A stretch of DNA of 64,000 nt, from contig CAWFPL010000007.1 of assembly GCA_963817785.1 (NCBI GenBank), positions 338,598 to 402,597 of the forward strand, given 5' to 3'. Every line of letters starts with the position of its first letter. Within the stretch, counting starts at the first letter, position 1. Under the pieces are notes generated by a model. The model was not told the origin of the DNA and searched no databases. It saw only the letters and a list, made by a program, of their open reading frames with translations. A program made the translations under genes and the position numbers. Shown in pieces: positions 1-9,121 of this stretch. Source of the DNA: an uncultured Pseudomonadota bacterium. Its GTDB lineage: Bacteria; Pseudomonadota; Gammaproteobacteria; Burkholderiales; SG8-39.

Positions 1-2
1 CG

Positions 3-428
3 GTGCTCGCCGCCATCGAGGCCGAGGTGCGTGCGCAGGAAGCGCGCCACCACGGCGAGCTGCGCTTCGCGGTCGAGGCGTCGCTGCCGTTGCGCGGTGT
101 GTTGCGCGGCAGCTCGGCGCGCGAGCGCGCGCTCGAGCTGTTCGGGCGGCTGGGCGTCGCCGGCACGCGCGCGCAAAGCGGCGTGCTGCTCTACGTGCTG
201 CTCGCCGAGCGCGCGGTAGAGATCGTCGCCGACAGCGGCATCGCCGAGCGCGTGCCGCAGGCCGAGTGGCAGCGCATCTGCGAGGCGATGCAAGAGCGCT
301 TTCGCGCGGGCAAGTTCGAGGAGGGCGTGATCGAGGGCTTGCGCGCGATCGGTGCGCTGCTCGCGCAGCACTTCCCCGCGGTGGGGGAGAACCCGAACGA
401 GCTGCCGGATCAGCCGGCGGTTCTGTAG
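3..428 (+). CDS. TPM-domain (YgcG/DUF477-like) protein, 5' end outside window
   Basis: ORF is open from the window edge. The segment GVLLYVLLAERAVEIVADSGI resembles TPM-domain proteins. Third codon positions are GC-rich. Confidence 0.5.
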   Translation: MLAAIEAEVRAQEARHHGELRFAVEASLPLRGVLRGSSARERALELFGRLGVAGTRAQSGVLLYVLLAERAVEIVADSGIAERVPQAEWQRICEAMQERFRAGKFEEGVIEGLRAIGALLAQHFPAVGENPNELPDQPAVL

Positions 429-464
429 GTCTTTGGCGCGGAGAGGTTTTGGGGCGCCTCAACG

Positions 465-513
465 TCTCGGGTTTTTGAGAGGGTCAGAAAGCGACCCTCT
501 CAAAAGCCCGAGA
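465..513. repeat. 49-bp palindromic intergenic repeat (REP-like), divergent member of the 7.4-7.7 kb family
   Basis: TCTCGGGTTTTTGAGAGGGTC-agaaagc-GACCCTCTCAAAAGCCCGAGA, read directly. It has the same outer/inner stem layout as the copies at 7423-7718. Confidence 0.7.
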
Positions 514-567
514 GCGGTTAAAAACCAAATCCTGCAGTCAGATTGAGGACCGAAGGGTTTCCCCCGA

Positions 568-594
568 TCTCCGCTTTTTGTCAAAAAGCGGAGA
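568..594. repeat. short palindrome carrying only the outer arms of the REP-like family
   Basis: TCTCCGCTTTTTG-tc-AAAAAGCGGAGA. The arms are identical to the outer arms of the 49-bp copies. Confidence 0.7.
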
Positions 595-642
595 CACTGG
601 AACGGTGGTGTACAGCCAAGCCCCACCAATCCTCCGACGCCT

Positions 643-969
643 TCAGTGCATATGCTTCGCCGCCAGCGTATCCAGCCGCAGTGTCTGCTCGTAGCTCTCG
701 GCGCCCGAGGTCACGCGCAGCGTGACGAGGTGTGAACCGGGAGTGTCGAACCTGAGCTCCGCGCGAAACAGACCCGGGCGAGCGAGCTTGCCGGACGCGA
801 GCTGCAGGCCGTCGCTGCCGGTGACGCGGCACTCGGCCTCGCCGCTGCCGTCGAGCAGCGCCTGTAGCGAGAACAGTTCTCCGGGCGCGCGCCGGTAGAC
901 TTGCGGGTCGCGGTTCGCGTTGAACTGCAGGCCGTTGAGCTTGACCATGCGCACGAGCGGTTTTTTCAT
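643..969 (-). CDS. hypothetical small protein (108 aa)
   Basis: Internal ATG (MKKPLVRMVKLNG...) of track ORF 643..1152. Codon bias looks coding. No family recognised. Confidence 0.5.
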   Translation of the reverse strand: MKKPLVRMVKLNGLQFNANRDPQVYRRAPGELFSLQALLDGSGEAECRVTGSDGLQLASGKLARPGLFRAELRFDTPGSHLVTLRVTSGAESYEQTLRLDTLAAKHMH

Positions 970-1022
970 TGGCGAGCCTCGTCTGCCGTGACCGGTACAA
1001 TCCACCATATTAGCGATCACTA

Positions 1023-1427
1023 ATGAACGGCACAATGCTGCGCGCGGATTTCGCCCGTATCGACGCGGCGATCGGGACCTGGGAGCAGCGCCTCGCCGCC
1101 GGCGAGGCGCTCGCGCTCGAGCCGGCGCTCGAGGCGGCGACCCACGCAGCACGCGGCCTGATCCGCGCCTATCTCGCGGCCGAGGGAAAGAAGCCCGTGC
1201 CGGAGGAGGACGCCGACCTGCTCGAGGCGTTCAAGGAGCTGGTGAAGGGGGATCCGACCTGGAACGCGGTGCGCGACAACCTGCGCGAGCTGGTCTATTA
1301 CCGCAACTGCCTCGCCGCGGATCGGGCCGACGCGCTGCCTGCGGCGCCCGAGAAGATGGCCATCCGTCTCGCGCGCCACGTGTATTTGTACGTCCGGACG
1401 CGCTGCGAGCGCGAGAGCCGCCTGTGA
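1023..1427 (+). CDS. hypothetical helical protein
   Basis: 134-aa ORF whose stop overlaps the start of the next gene by 4 nt (operon-like). Confidence 0.5.
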   Translation: MNGTMLRADFARIDAAIGTWEQRLAAGEALALEPALEAATHAARGLIRAYLAAEGKKPVPEEDADLLEAFKELVKGDPTWNAVRDNLRELVYYRNCLAADRADALPAAPEKMAIRLARHVYLYVRTRCERESRL

Positions 1428-2572
1428 GTCGCGCGTTGCCGCTGGTCGCGGGGCACGCTACGCGCCGCGGCACCGAGGCGTATGCGGCGAGCTTCGGCGA
1501 GCACTGCGGAGCCGGGCACTTCAGCGACTTTCTCAACCTCCATCTCAAGCTCTCTTCGCTCGGGCTGGGGACATTCCCCGGCGCGGCGGTCGACGAAGTG
1601 GACGTGGCCTACGCGGCTAACGTCGAGCGCGCGCTCGCGGGTGGCATCAACGTCATCGACACCGCGGCGCACTACCGCTACGGCCGCTCGCTTGTTGCGC
1701 TGCGCGCGGGCCTGGAGCGCGCTTTCGACGCCGGCGTCGGGCGCGAGCAGCTGTTCGTGGTCGCCAAGGGCGGGTTTCTGCTCTATCCCGAGGGGCCGCC
1801 GGCGGATCCGGCGGCCTGGTTCGACGCCAACATCGCGGCGCGCGGCCTGGGCACGCGCGCCGACCTCGCTGGCCACCACCTGATCTCGGCGGCGTACCTG
1901 TCCTGGCAGCTCGAGTTCGCCCGCGCCGCCCTTGGGCTGGAGACGATTGATGCGTTCCTGGTCGACCAGCCCGAGGTACAGGTCGCGGCGCTCGGCAAGG
2001 AGCCGGGCCAGCGCAAGCTCGCGCGCTGCTTCGCGGTGCTCGAGCAGGCAGTGAAGCAGAACAAGATCCGCGGCTACGGCGTATCGAGCTTCGAGAGCCT
2101 GCGCGCGACCACCGACGCGCCGCTGTTCCAGTCGATCGCGGCGCTGCTCGGCCTGGCGGAGGGCGCGGCGAAGCTGGTATGGAAGGACCAGCAGGCGCGC
2201 CACCACCTGCACATCGTGCAGCTGCCGTTCAACCCGGCGATGACCGAGGGCTTCACGCGCTTTTCGCAGGCCACCGGGCAGGGCAACGTCGCCTCGACGC
2301 TGCAGGCGGCGCATCAGCTCCGGGTGTACGTGATGACCAGTCACGCTCTCGGCAAGGGCCGCTTCGCGCACGACGATCCGCTTGCCGCCGCGCTTCCCGC
2401 GCTGGCCGATCCCGCGCAGCGCGCGCTGCAGTTCGCGCGCTCGACGCCCGGCATCGGCACTGCGCTCGCCGGGGTGAGCGCGCCTGCCCATCTGGAGGAT
2501 CTGCTCGCGGTGGCGCGCGCGAGCCCGATGCCGCGCGAGGAGTACCTGCGCCTGTATAAGCGCGCGGAGTAG
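1424..2572 (+). CDS. aldo/keto reductase family oxidoreductase
   Basis: 382-aa ORF. Segments GINVIDTAAHYRYGRS and VVAKGGF are typical of the AKR fold. Confidence 0.7.
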   Translation: MSRALPLVAGHATRRGTEAYAASFGEHCGAGHFSDFLNLHLKLSSLGLGTFPGAAVDEVDVAYAANVERALAGGINVIDTAAHYRYGRSLVALRAGLERAFDAGVGREQLFVVAKGGFLLYPEGPPADPAAWFDANIAARGLGTRADLAGHHLISAAYLSWQLEFARAALGLETIDAFLVDQPEVQVAALGKEPGQRKLARCFAVLEQAVKQNKIRGYGVSSFESLRATTDAPLFQSIAALLGLAEGAAKLVWKDQQARHHLHIVQLPFNPAMTEGFTRFSQATGQGNVASTLQAAHQLRVYVMTSHALGKGRFAHDDPLAAALPALADPAQRALQFARSTPGIGTALAGVSAPAHLEDLLAVARASPMPREEYLRLYKRAE

Positions 2573-2603
2573 GCGAGCGGCGGAAGACTTGCTTTTTCCG
2601 AAA

Positions 2604-2646
2604 GTAAGGCATTGCGTTGCGGCAGCATGCTGCTGCAACGCAATGC
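2604..2646. repeat. GTAAGGCAT-type hairpin repeat (copy 1), probable bidirectional terminator between convergent genes
   Basis: GTAAGGCATTGCGTTGCGGCAGC-at-GCTGCTGCAACGCAATGC. It is related to 21036..21078 in the opposite orientation. Confidence 0.6.
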
Positions 2647-2657
2647 AGTGTCGTACT

Positions 2658-3935
2658 TCAGGTGTGCTCGGCGCGCGCGATCTTGAGCAGCGCCTCGATC
2701 TCCGCGTGGTGCACGCGGAGGTTGCGCAGGTACCAGCGCTGCACCAGCGCCATGGTGCCGGCGACGAACAGCCCGAACAGAACGATCACGGTGTAGATCG
2801 ACAGCCCCGCCTCGAGCAGCAGCGAGTACAGCGCGATCATCACCAGCACCGAGGCGTTCTCGTTGAAGTTCTGCACCGCGATCGAGCGTCCCGCGCCCAT
2901 CAGGTTGTGGCCGCGATGCTGGAGCAGCGCGTTCATGGGCACCACGAAAAACCCCGCCAGCGCGCCGATCGCGATCAGCAGCGGGACGGCGATCCAGACG
3001 CTGCGCGCGGCGACCATGGTGATCACCACCAGGCCCATGGCGATTCCGAGCGGGATGACCCGCACCGAGCGATGCAGCGGCACGCGCACCGAGGCGGCGA
3101 CCGCGCCAAGGGCGATGCCGAGCGCGACCACGCCCTGCAGGATCGCCGCCTTGGACAGGTCGAAGCCGAGCGCTTCCTTGGCCCACACGATCACGATGAA
3201 CTGCAGCGTCGCGCCCACGCCCCAGAACAAGGTCGTCACCGCGAGCGAAATCTGCCCGAGCTTGTCCTTCCACAGGCGCAGCGAGCACAGGTAGAAGTCC
3301 GCCAGCGTGGCGAGCGGGTGCGGGTGCAGGTGACGCAGCCGCGCGCCGGTGCGCGGCACGTAGAGGTTGAAGATCGCCGCCACCGTGTATATCGCGATGA
3401 TCACCGCGATCGCTGCCCCGGCCGGGGTGTCGATGCCGGTGTCGATGAGCGGCACGTCGATCGCTAGCAGGCGGCCCGCGACCTGCCGGCTGATCAGCAC
3501 GCCGCCGAGCATGGTGCCCAGGATGATCGAGGTCACGGTGAGCCCTTCCATCCAGCCGTTCGCCACCACCAGCTTGGTGGGCGGCAGGTACTCGGTCAGG
3601 ATGCCGTACTTGGCCGGCGAGTAGGCTGCCGCGCCGAGTCCCACCAGCCCGTAGGCGAGCAGCGGGTTGACCCGGAACAGCATCAGCGCACAGCCGGCGA
3701 TCTTGATGGCGTTGGAAATGAACATCACCTGGCCCTTGGGCAGCCGATCGGCGAAAGCCCCCACGTACGGCGCCAGCACCACGTAGGACACGACGAAGAA
3801 GAACTTCAGGTAGGGCGTGAGCCAGGACGGCGCATTCGCCTGCATGAGCACCGCGATCGCGGCAACCAGCAGCGCGTTGTCGGCGAGCGACGAGAAAAAC
3901 TGCGCCGCCATGATGATGTAGAAGCCGAGGCTCAT
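2658..3935 (-). CDS. lplT: MFS transporter, lysophospholipid transporter LplT-like
   Basis: N-terminus MSLGFYIIMAAQFFSSLADNALL and a multi-TM profile. An alternative GTG start lies at 3950. Confidence 0.65.
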   Translation of the reverse strand: MSLGFYIIMAAQFFSSLADNALLVAAIAVLMQANAPSWLTPYLKFFFVVSYVVLAPYVGAFADRLPKGQVMFISNAIKIAGCALMLFRVNPLLAYGLVGLGAAAYSPAKYGILTEYLPPTKLVVANGWMEGLTVTSIILGTMLGGVLISRQVAGRLLAIDVPLIDTGIDTPAGAAIAVIIAIYTVAAIFNLYVPRTGARLRHLHPHPLATLADFYLCSLRLWKDKLGQISLAVTTLFWGVGATLQFIVIVWAKEALGFDLSKAAILQGVVALGIALGAVAASVRVPLHRSVRVIPLGIAMGLVVITMVAARSVWIAVPLLIAIGALAGFFVVPMNALLQHRGHNLMGAGRSIAVQNFNENASVLVMIALYSLLLEAGLSIYTVIVLFGLFVAGTMALVQRWYLRNLRVHHAEIEALLKIARAEHT

Positions 3936-4109
3936 CGCTCGCAATCGCACGCTGGTACCTGCATGGGGTTCGCGCCCTTCGTGGAATTCACGTGCCGGGT
4001 TGCCGCCACTCCCGCTCCCGGATCGGCCTGTCGCGGCAATCCGCCGTGGGCCGCGTTGCTTGCTTGGGCCGGGTTTATAGCACGGATGTGCCGCGCCGCC
4101 GCGCGCCGC

Positions 4110-4586
4110 TCAGCCTTCGGGCGGGCGGCGCCGGCGCTCGATCTCGGCGAGCAGGCGCTCCTGCTCGGCGAACGAGGGTGTTCGCGCCCTGGGCCGCGGT
4201 TCGTCCGCGTCGGTGAAATGGCCACGGAACCCGGGCGGGGCGCCCGGTGCGGGGCGCAGATACGCCTGCATGCGCAGGCGCTTGTTGAGCGCGACGACGC
4301 GGCGTTCGATCCAGAACAGGTCGAACAGCGCCCATCCCGCCAGCACCGCTCCGAGCGCGGCGCCGGCGCGCGCATCGATGGCGAGCAGTGCGAGCGCCGC
4401 GACCGTCAGCCCGCGGTAGATCCAGGCGCCGACCGGCTCGCGCAAATACACCCGGTGCGCGCCGAGCGGAAAGGCCAGCAGCAGCAGGTAGGCGGTGCGC
4501 CGCCGGCGCAGCGCCTGCGCGAGCCGCAGGTTCGCTTGCTGCAGGCCCTCGCCGCCGAGGTCGAGGTTTTTCCAGGCGTCGGTCAT
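4110..4586 (-). CDS. TM2-domain membrane protein
   Basis: LAFPLGAHRVYL resembles the TM2 GaHrFYlG motif. Two hydrophobic helices. Confidence 0.5.
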   Translation of the reverse strand: MTDAWKNLDLGGEGLQQANLRLAQALRRRRTAYLLLLAFPLGAHRVYLREPVGAWIYRGLTVAALALLAIDARAGAALGAVLAGWALFDLFWIERRVVALNKRLRMQAYLRPAPGAPPGFRGHFTDADEPRPRARTPSFAEQERLLAEIERRRRPPEG

Positions 4587-4651
4587 AAGCTATCGCAGGG
4601 CTTAAGTTTATGATTCAATAAGGGCATTCTCAACAGCCATTAATTGACCGC

Positions 4652-5557
4652 ATGGCCGATCGCCGCCTGCAAGTATTCCACGCCGTCGCCAAGCAGCTGA
4701 GCTTCACCAAGGCCGCCGAGGCGCTGTTCATGACCCAGCCCGCGGTGACCTTCCAGATCAAGCAGCTCGAGGAGCATTTCAACACCCGCCTGTTCGAGCG
4801 CGGCCACGGCCGCATCGCGCTCACGCCCGCGGGGCAGGTGGTGCTCGAGTATGCCGAGCGCATCCTGGGGCTTTCGGCCGAGCTCGACATCCGCTTGAAG
4901 GAGATGACCGGGCAGATCGCCGGGCCCCTGCTGGTGGGCGCGAGCACCACGATCGCCGAATTCCTGCTGCCGCAGGTGCTGGGCGAGTTCAAGTCGAAGT
5001 ACCCGCTGGTTCAGCCGCGCCTGCTGGTGGCGAACTCGGAGATCGTGGAAAACCGCGTCGCGGAACACACGCTCGACATCGGCTTCATCGAGGCGCCGTC
5101 GCACCTGTTGAACGTGAGCACCGACGTGTGCTGCGAGGACGAGCTGCAGGTGGTGTGCGCGCCCTCGCACCCGCTCGCCAAGCTCAAGTCCGCGAGTGCG
5201 AAGCAGCTCGCACAGCACGCGTTCATCAGCCGCGAGTCGGGCTCGGGCACGCGCGAGGTCACCGACCAGTACTTTCAACGCGCCGGGATCCAGCCGGATG
5301 CGCTGAACGTGGTCATGGAGCTCGGCAGCCCGGAAGCGGTCAAGGGTCTGGTGGCGAGCGGCCTGGGCTTCGCCATCATGTCGAGCGCGACCGTGGCGCA
5401 GGAGACCAAGTTCGGCGTGCTGGCGCGCGTGCCCCTCTCGCCGCGCCTGACGCGCGACCTCTCGGTGGTGTACCCCAAGGAGAAGTTCCGCTCGCGGCTG
5501 GTGAACTCGTTCGTGCAATTCGCGAAGGAGCGGCTCGCTGCGGCGCACGGCGCCTGA
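4652..5557 (+). CDS. LysR-family transcriptional regulator
   Basis: N-terminal HTH LQVFHAVAKQLSFTKAAEALFMTQPAVTFQIKQLE followed by a LysR substrate-binding-like C-terminus. Confidence 0.85.
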   Translation: MADRRLQVFHAVAKQLSFTKAAEALFMTQPAVTFQIKQLEEHFNTRLFERGHGRIALTPAGQVVLEYAERILGLSAELDIRLKEMTGQIAGPLLVGASTTIAEFLLPQVLGEFKSKYPLVQPRLLVANSEIVENRVAEHTLDIGFIEAPSHLLNVSTDVCCEDELQVVCAPSHPLAKLKSASAKQLAQHAFISRESGSGTREVTDQYFQRAGIQPDALNVVMELGSPEAVKGLVASGLGFAIMSSATVAQETKFGVLARVPLSPRLTRDLSVVYPKEKFRSRLVNSFVQFAKERLAAAHGA

Positions 5558-5562
5558 GCGCC

Positions 5563-6297
5563 ATGAAGCGCTTCCTCGCCGTCCAGCACACGTTCTCCGA
5601 GTTCTTCGGCGCGCTCGAGCCGCAGTTCGAGGCGCGCGATATCGGCTTCACCTACGTGCGCACGATCGCCGGGCAGGACGTCGCCGGCACGCCCTCGCAG
5701 TTCGACGCGCTGTGGCTGCTCGGCGGCGCACATCCGGCGAACGACCGCAAGCACTGCCCGTTCGTCGAACAGGAGATCAATCTGGTGCACGCCTTCGAAA
5801 AGGCGCGCCGCCCGGTGATCGGGCTGGGCTTTGGTGCGCACGTGCTCGCCGCGGCCCACGGGGCGGCGCTGTTCGCCGAGCCCGAGCACGACGCGCGCTT
5901 TGCGCTGGCGCGGGCGCTGGTCGCGGACGACCCGCTCGCGCGTGCGGTCGATGGCCGCAGCGTGCTGGTGATGGCCAACGGCCGCGCCGAGCTCGCGCCG
6001 GGGCTGGTGCCGCTGGTCGCCGACGAGACGGGCGGCTGGCTCGCGTTCCGCGCGGGCGAATGGTCCTACGGGCTGCTGTTCCGGCCGGAGCTCAAGCCCG
6101 GTATGCTCGAAGACATGGTGATGGAGGAGGACCGTCCCGTGCCCGAGAACATCGGCGAGCTGATCCAGGCCGCGCGCGAGAAGTGGCCGGCGCTGCAGGA
6201 GATCACCGACCGCGTGAGCGCGGCTCTGGTCGCGGCACTCGGGCTGATGGACGAGCGCCGCAAGGCGCCGGTGTTTCCGATCCTGGAGAGGCGCTGA
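5563..6297 (+). CDS. class I glutamine amidotransferase-like protein (nucleophile Cys apparently absent)
   Basis: Internal ATG (M146) of track ORF 5128..6297. The GATase1-like segment VIGLGFGAHVLA has F where the catalytic C is expected. Confidence 0.5.
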   Translation: MKRFLAVQHTFSEFFGALEPQFEARDIGFTYVRTIAGQDVAGTPSQFDALWLLGGAHPANDRKHCPFVEQEINLVHAFEKARRPVIGLGFGAHVLAAAHGAALFAEPEHDARFALARALVADDPLARAVDGRSVLVMANGRAELAPGLVPLVADETGGWLAFRAGEWSYGLLFRPELKPGMLEDMVMEEDRPVPENIGELIQAAREKWPALQEITDRVSAALVAALGLMDERRKAPVFPILERR

Positions 6298-6299
6298 CC

Positions 6300-7382
6300 G
6301 TGCCGCGCCCGATCCGCGCCACCATCAGCGCCGCTGCCCTCGCGCACAACCTCGAGCTGGCGCGACGCCGCGCCGGCACCGCCAGGGTGTGGGCGGTGGT
6401 CAAGGCGAACGCCTACGGCCACGGGCTGCTGCGCGCGGCGCGCGCGCTTGCGGCGGCAGACGGCCTGGCGGTGCTCGACTTCGAGGAGGCGATCCGCCTG
6501 CGTATGTCCGGCGACAAGCGGCCGATCCTGCTGCTCGAGGGCTTCTTCAACGCGCAGGACCTGACGCTGCTCGCGGAATACGGGCTCACCCCGGTGGTGC
6601 ACAACCCCGAGCAGCTCGAGATGCTCAGGAAGACGGCGCTCGCCGCGCCGATCGATGCCTATCTCAAAGTGAACAGCGGCATGAACCGGCTCGGCTTCAA
6701 CGTCGACAACGTGCGACTCGCCTACCAGACCCTGCGCGAGCATCCGCAAGTGCACGGCGTGACGGTAATGACGCATTTCGCCGACGCCGAAGGCGCGGCC
6801 GGTGTCGCGGCGCAGCTCGAATGGTTCAACCAGATGACCGATGCGCTCGCGGGTCCGCGCTCGCTCGCCAACTCGGCGGCGCTGCTGCGCTTTCCCGAAA
6901 CCTGCGCCCAATGGGTGCGCCCCGGGATCATGCTCTACGGCTGCTCGCCGTTCGGCCACGCCGAGCCCGTGCGCAGCGCGCTCGGCCTCGGCCTCGAGCC
7001 GGCGATGACGCTCGAAAGCGAGCTGATCGCCGTGCAGCACCTGCATCCGGGCGAGCGCATCGGCTACGGCTTCTCCTTCGAGGTCTCCGAGGAGATGACC
7101 ATCGGCGTGGTCGCCTGCGGCTACGCCGACGGCTATCCGCGCCACGCGCCCTCGGGCACGCCGGTGCTGGTCGCGGGGCAAAGGACCCGCACCGTGGGAC
7201 GCGTATCGATGGACATGATCTGCGTGGACATCAGCGACATCCCCGAGGCCTACATCGGCTCCGGCGTGACGCTGTGGGGCGAGGGCATGTCGGCCGACGA
7301 GGTCGCGGCCGCCGCGGGCACGCTCAGCTACGAGCTGCTGTGCGCGCTCGCGCCGCGAGTGCCGGTGGTGGAGGTGGGGTAG
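6300..7382 (+). CDS. alr: alanine racemase
   Basis: GTG start at V197 of track ORF 5712..7382. Contains the PLP-lysine motif VVKANAYGHG and C-terminal YELLC. Confidence 0.85.
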   Translation: MPRPIRATISAAALAHNLELARRRAGTARVWAVVKANAYGHGLLRAARALAAADGLAVLDFEEAIRLRMSGDKRPILLLEGFFNAQDLTLLAEYGLTPVVHNPEQLEMLRKTALAAPIDAYLKVNSGMNRLGFNVDNVRLAYQTLREHPQVHGVTVMTHFADAEGAAGVAAQLEWFNQMTDALAGPRSLANSAALLRFPETCAQWVRPGIMLYGCSPFGHAEPVRSALGLGLEPAMTLESELIAVQHLHPGERIGYGFSFEVSEEMTIGVVACGYADGYPRHAPSGTPVLVAGQRTRTVGRVSMDMICVDISDIPEAYIGSGVTLWGEGMSADEVAAAAGTLSYELLCALAPRVPVVEVG

Positions 7383-7422
7383 GGCTTTGGTCAGGCGCGG
7401 TGCGGGTTGGTTTTTTAACCAA

Positions 7423-7471
7423 TCTCCGCATTTTGAGCGGGTCGCGGTCTGACCCGCTCGAAAAGCGGAGA
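7423..7471. repeat. 49-bp nested palindromic repeat (REP-like), copy a
   Basis: TCTCCGCattttGAGCGGGTCgcggtcTGACCCGCTCgaaaaGCGGAGA, anchored on track ORF 7324..7575. Confidence 0.8.
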
Positions 7472-7559
7472 CAATGCAGCGCTCGTGATACACCGCTACC
7501 GGAAGAGGCTGCACGTTCTGCATGTATTGAGCTGCGGTGCAGGTATGGGGGTCGCAGTG

Positions 7560-7608
7560 TCTCCGCTTTTTGCATGGGTCAAAGGGCGACCCATGCAAAA
7601 AGCGGAGA
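7560..7608. repeat. 49-bp nested palindromic repeat, copy b (inner stem replaced)
   Basis: TCTCCGCTTTTTGCATGGGTC...GACCCATGCAAAAAGCGGAGA. Outer arms are conserved; the inner stem differs but is still self-complementary. Confidence 0.8.
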
Positions 7609-7669
7609 TCGGGGAAGAACCTGGTGACAGATGGCGATAGCGCGCGGTCCCGCTTTGCTTTTCAATCGA

Positions 7670-7718
7670 TCTCCGCTTTTTGAGCGGGTCGCCGTCTGAC
7701 CCGCTCAAAAAGCGGAGA
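7670..7718. repeat. 49-bp nested palindromic repeat, copy c
   Basis: TCTCCGCTTTTTGAGCGGGTCgccgtcTGACCCGCTCAAAAAGCGGAGA. Confidence 0.8.
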
Positions 7719-7762
7719 CACGCGATCGTCGTAATTCACTGAAGCCCGAAAGCATCCACCCG

Positions 7763-9121
7763 ATGGCCAAGACCAAATCCACCTACGTCTGCGCCGAGTG
7801 CGGCGCGAGCGCGCTGCAGTGGTTCGGTACCTGCCCGGCCTGCGGCGCGGTCGGCACGCTGACGGAGACGGTGGCCGAGCGCGCTTCGGCGCACCGCTAC
7901 GCGGGGCTGGCGCCCGCGGCGGCGCCGGTGCCGCTCGGCGAGATCGAGGCGCGAGAGCTGGAACGCATCCCGACCGGCCTCGCGGAGCTCGATCGCGTAC
8001 TCGGCGGCGGGTTGGTGGCGGGGCAGGTGACGCTGATCGGCGGCGACCCCGGGATCGGCAAGTCCACGCTTCTGCTGCAGGCGCTGGCGAGCCTGGGCAC
8101 GCAGCGCAGCACGCTTTATGTCACCGGCGAGGAGTCGGCCGACCAGGTGGCGCTGCGCGCGCGTCGGCTGTCGCTCGACGCGGGCGGCGTGCACCTGCTC
8201 GCCGAGATCCAGCTCGAGCGCATCGCCGCCGCGCTCGATGCACGCAAGCCCGAGGTCGCGGTGGTCGACTCGATCCAGACGCTGTACTCGGACGCGCTCA
8301 CTTCGGCGCCGGGCTCGGTGGCGCAGGTGCGCGAGTGCGCGGCGCAGCTCACGCGCCACGCGAAGAGGAGCGGCGCGGCGCTGTTCATCATCGGCCACGT
8401 CACCAAGGAAGGGGCGATCGCCGGCCCGCGCGTGCTCGAGCACATCGTCGACACGGTGCTGTATTTCGAGGGCGACCCGCACTCCGCTTTCAGGCTGGTG
8501 CGGGCGATCAAGAACCGCTTCGGCGCGGTGAACGAGCTGGGCGTGTTCGCCATGACCGAGCGCGGCCTGCGCGCGGTGAGCAACCCCTCGGCGCTGTTCC
8601 TGTCGCAGCACGAGCGCGCGGTCGCCGGCTCGTGCGTGCTCGCCACGCTCGAAGGCACGCGCCCGCTGCTGGTCGAGGTGCAGGCGCTGGTGGACGATGC
8701 GCACGCTCCCAACCCGCGCCGGCTCTCGGTGGGCCTGGAGCAGAACCGGCTCGCGATGCTGCTCGCGGTGCTGCACCGCCACGCCGGCATCGCGACCTTC
8801 GAGCAGGACGTGTTCGTGAACGCGGTGGGCGGGGTGCGCATCGGCGAGCCCGCCGCCGACCTGGCGGTGTCGCTCGCGGTGGTGTCCTCGCTCACCGACC
8901 GGCCGATCCCGTCCAAGGTGGTGGTGTTCGGCGAGATCGGCCTGGCGGGCGAGGTGCGCCCGGCGCCGCGCGGCCAGGAGCGGCTCAGGGAAGCGGCCAA
9001 GCTCGGCTTCGAGAAGGCGATCGTGCCCAAGGCCAACCAGCCCAAGGGTCGCATCGCGGGCCTCGAGGTAATCGCAGTCGAGCGCGTCGACCAGGCTGTG
9101 CAGGTACTGCGCGATCTCTAG
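7763..9121 (+). CDS. radA: DNA repair protein RadA
   Basis: N-terminal zinc ribbon CAECGASALQWFGTCPACG, Walker A GGDPGIGKST, KNRFG motif, Lon-like C-terminus. Confidence 0.95.
   Translation: MAKTKSTYVCAECGASALQWFGTCPACGAVGTLTETVAERASAHRYAGLAPAAAPVPLGEIEARELERIPTGLAELDRVLGGGLVAGQVTLIGGDPGIGKSTLLLQALASLGTQRSTLYVTGEESADQVALRARRLSLDAGGVHLLAEIQLERIAAALDARKPEVAVVDSIQTLYSDALTSAPGSVAQVRECAAQLTRHAKRSGAALFIIGHVTKEGAIAGPRVLEHIVDTVLYFEGDPHSAFRLVRAIKNRFGAVNELGVFAMTERGLRAVSNPSALFLSQHERAVAGSCVLATLEGTRPLLVEVQALVDDAHAPNPRRLSVGLEQNRLAMLLAVLHRHAGIATFEQDVFVNAVGGVRIGEPAADLAVSLAVVSSLTDRPIPSKVVVFGEIGLAGEVRPAPRGQERLREAAKLGFEKAIVPKANQPKGRIAGLEVIAVERVDQAVQVLRDL

Noticed and set aside
1298-2638. 446-aa ORF antisense to the aldo/keto reductase gene. 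Similar long antisense or off-frame ORFs occur at 7736..9538, 7798..10023, 6066..7598 and 11471..12868.
   Set aside because: The composition is Arg/Ala/Gly-rich and low-complexity with no recognisable motifs. Each overlaps a gene with clear family signatures on the other strand or in another frame.
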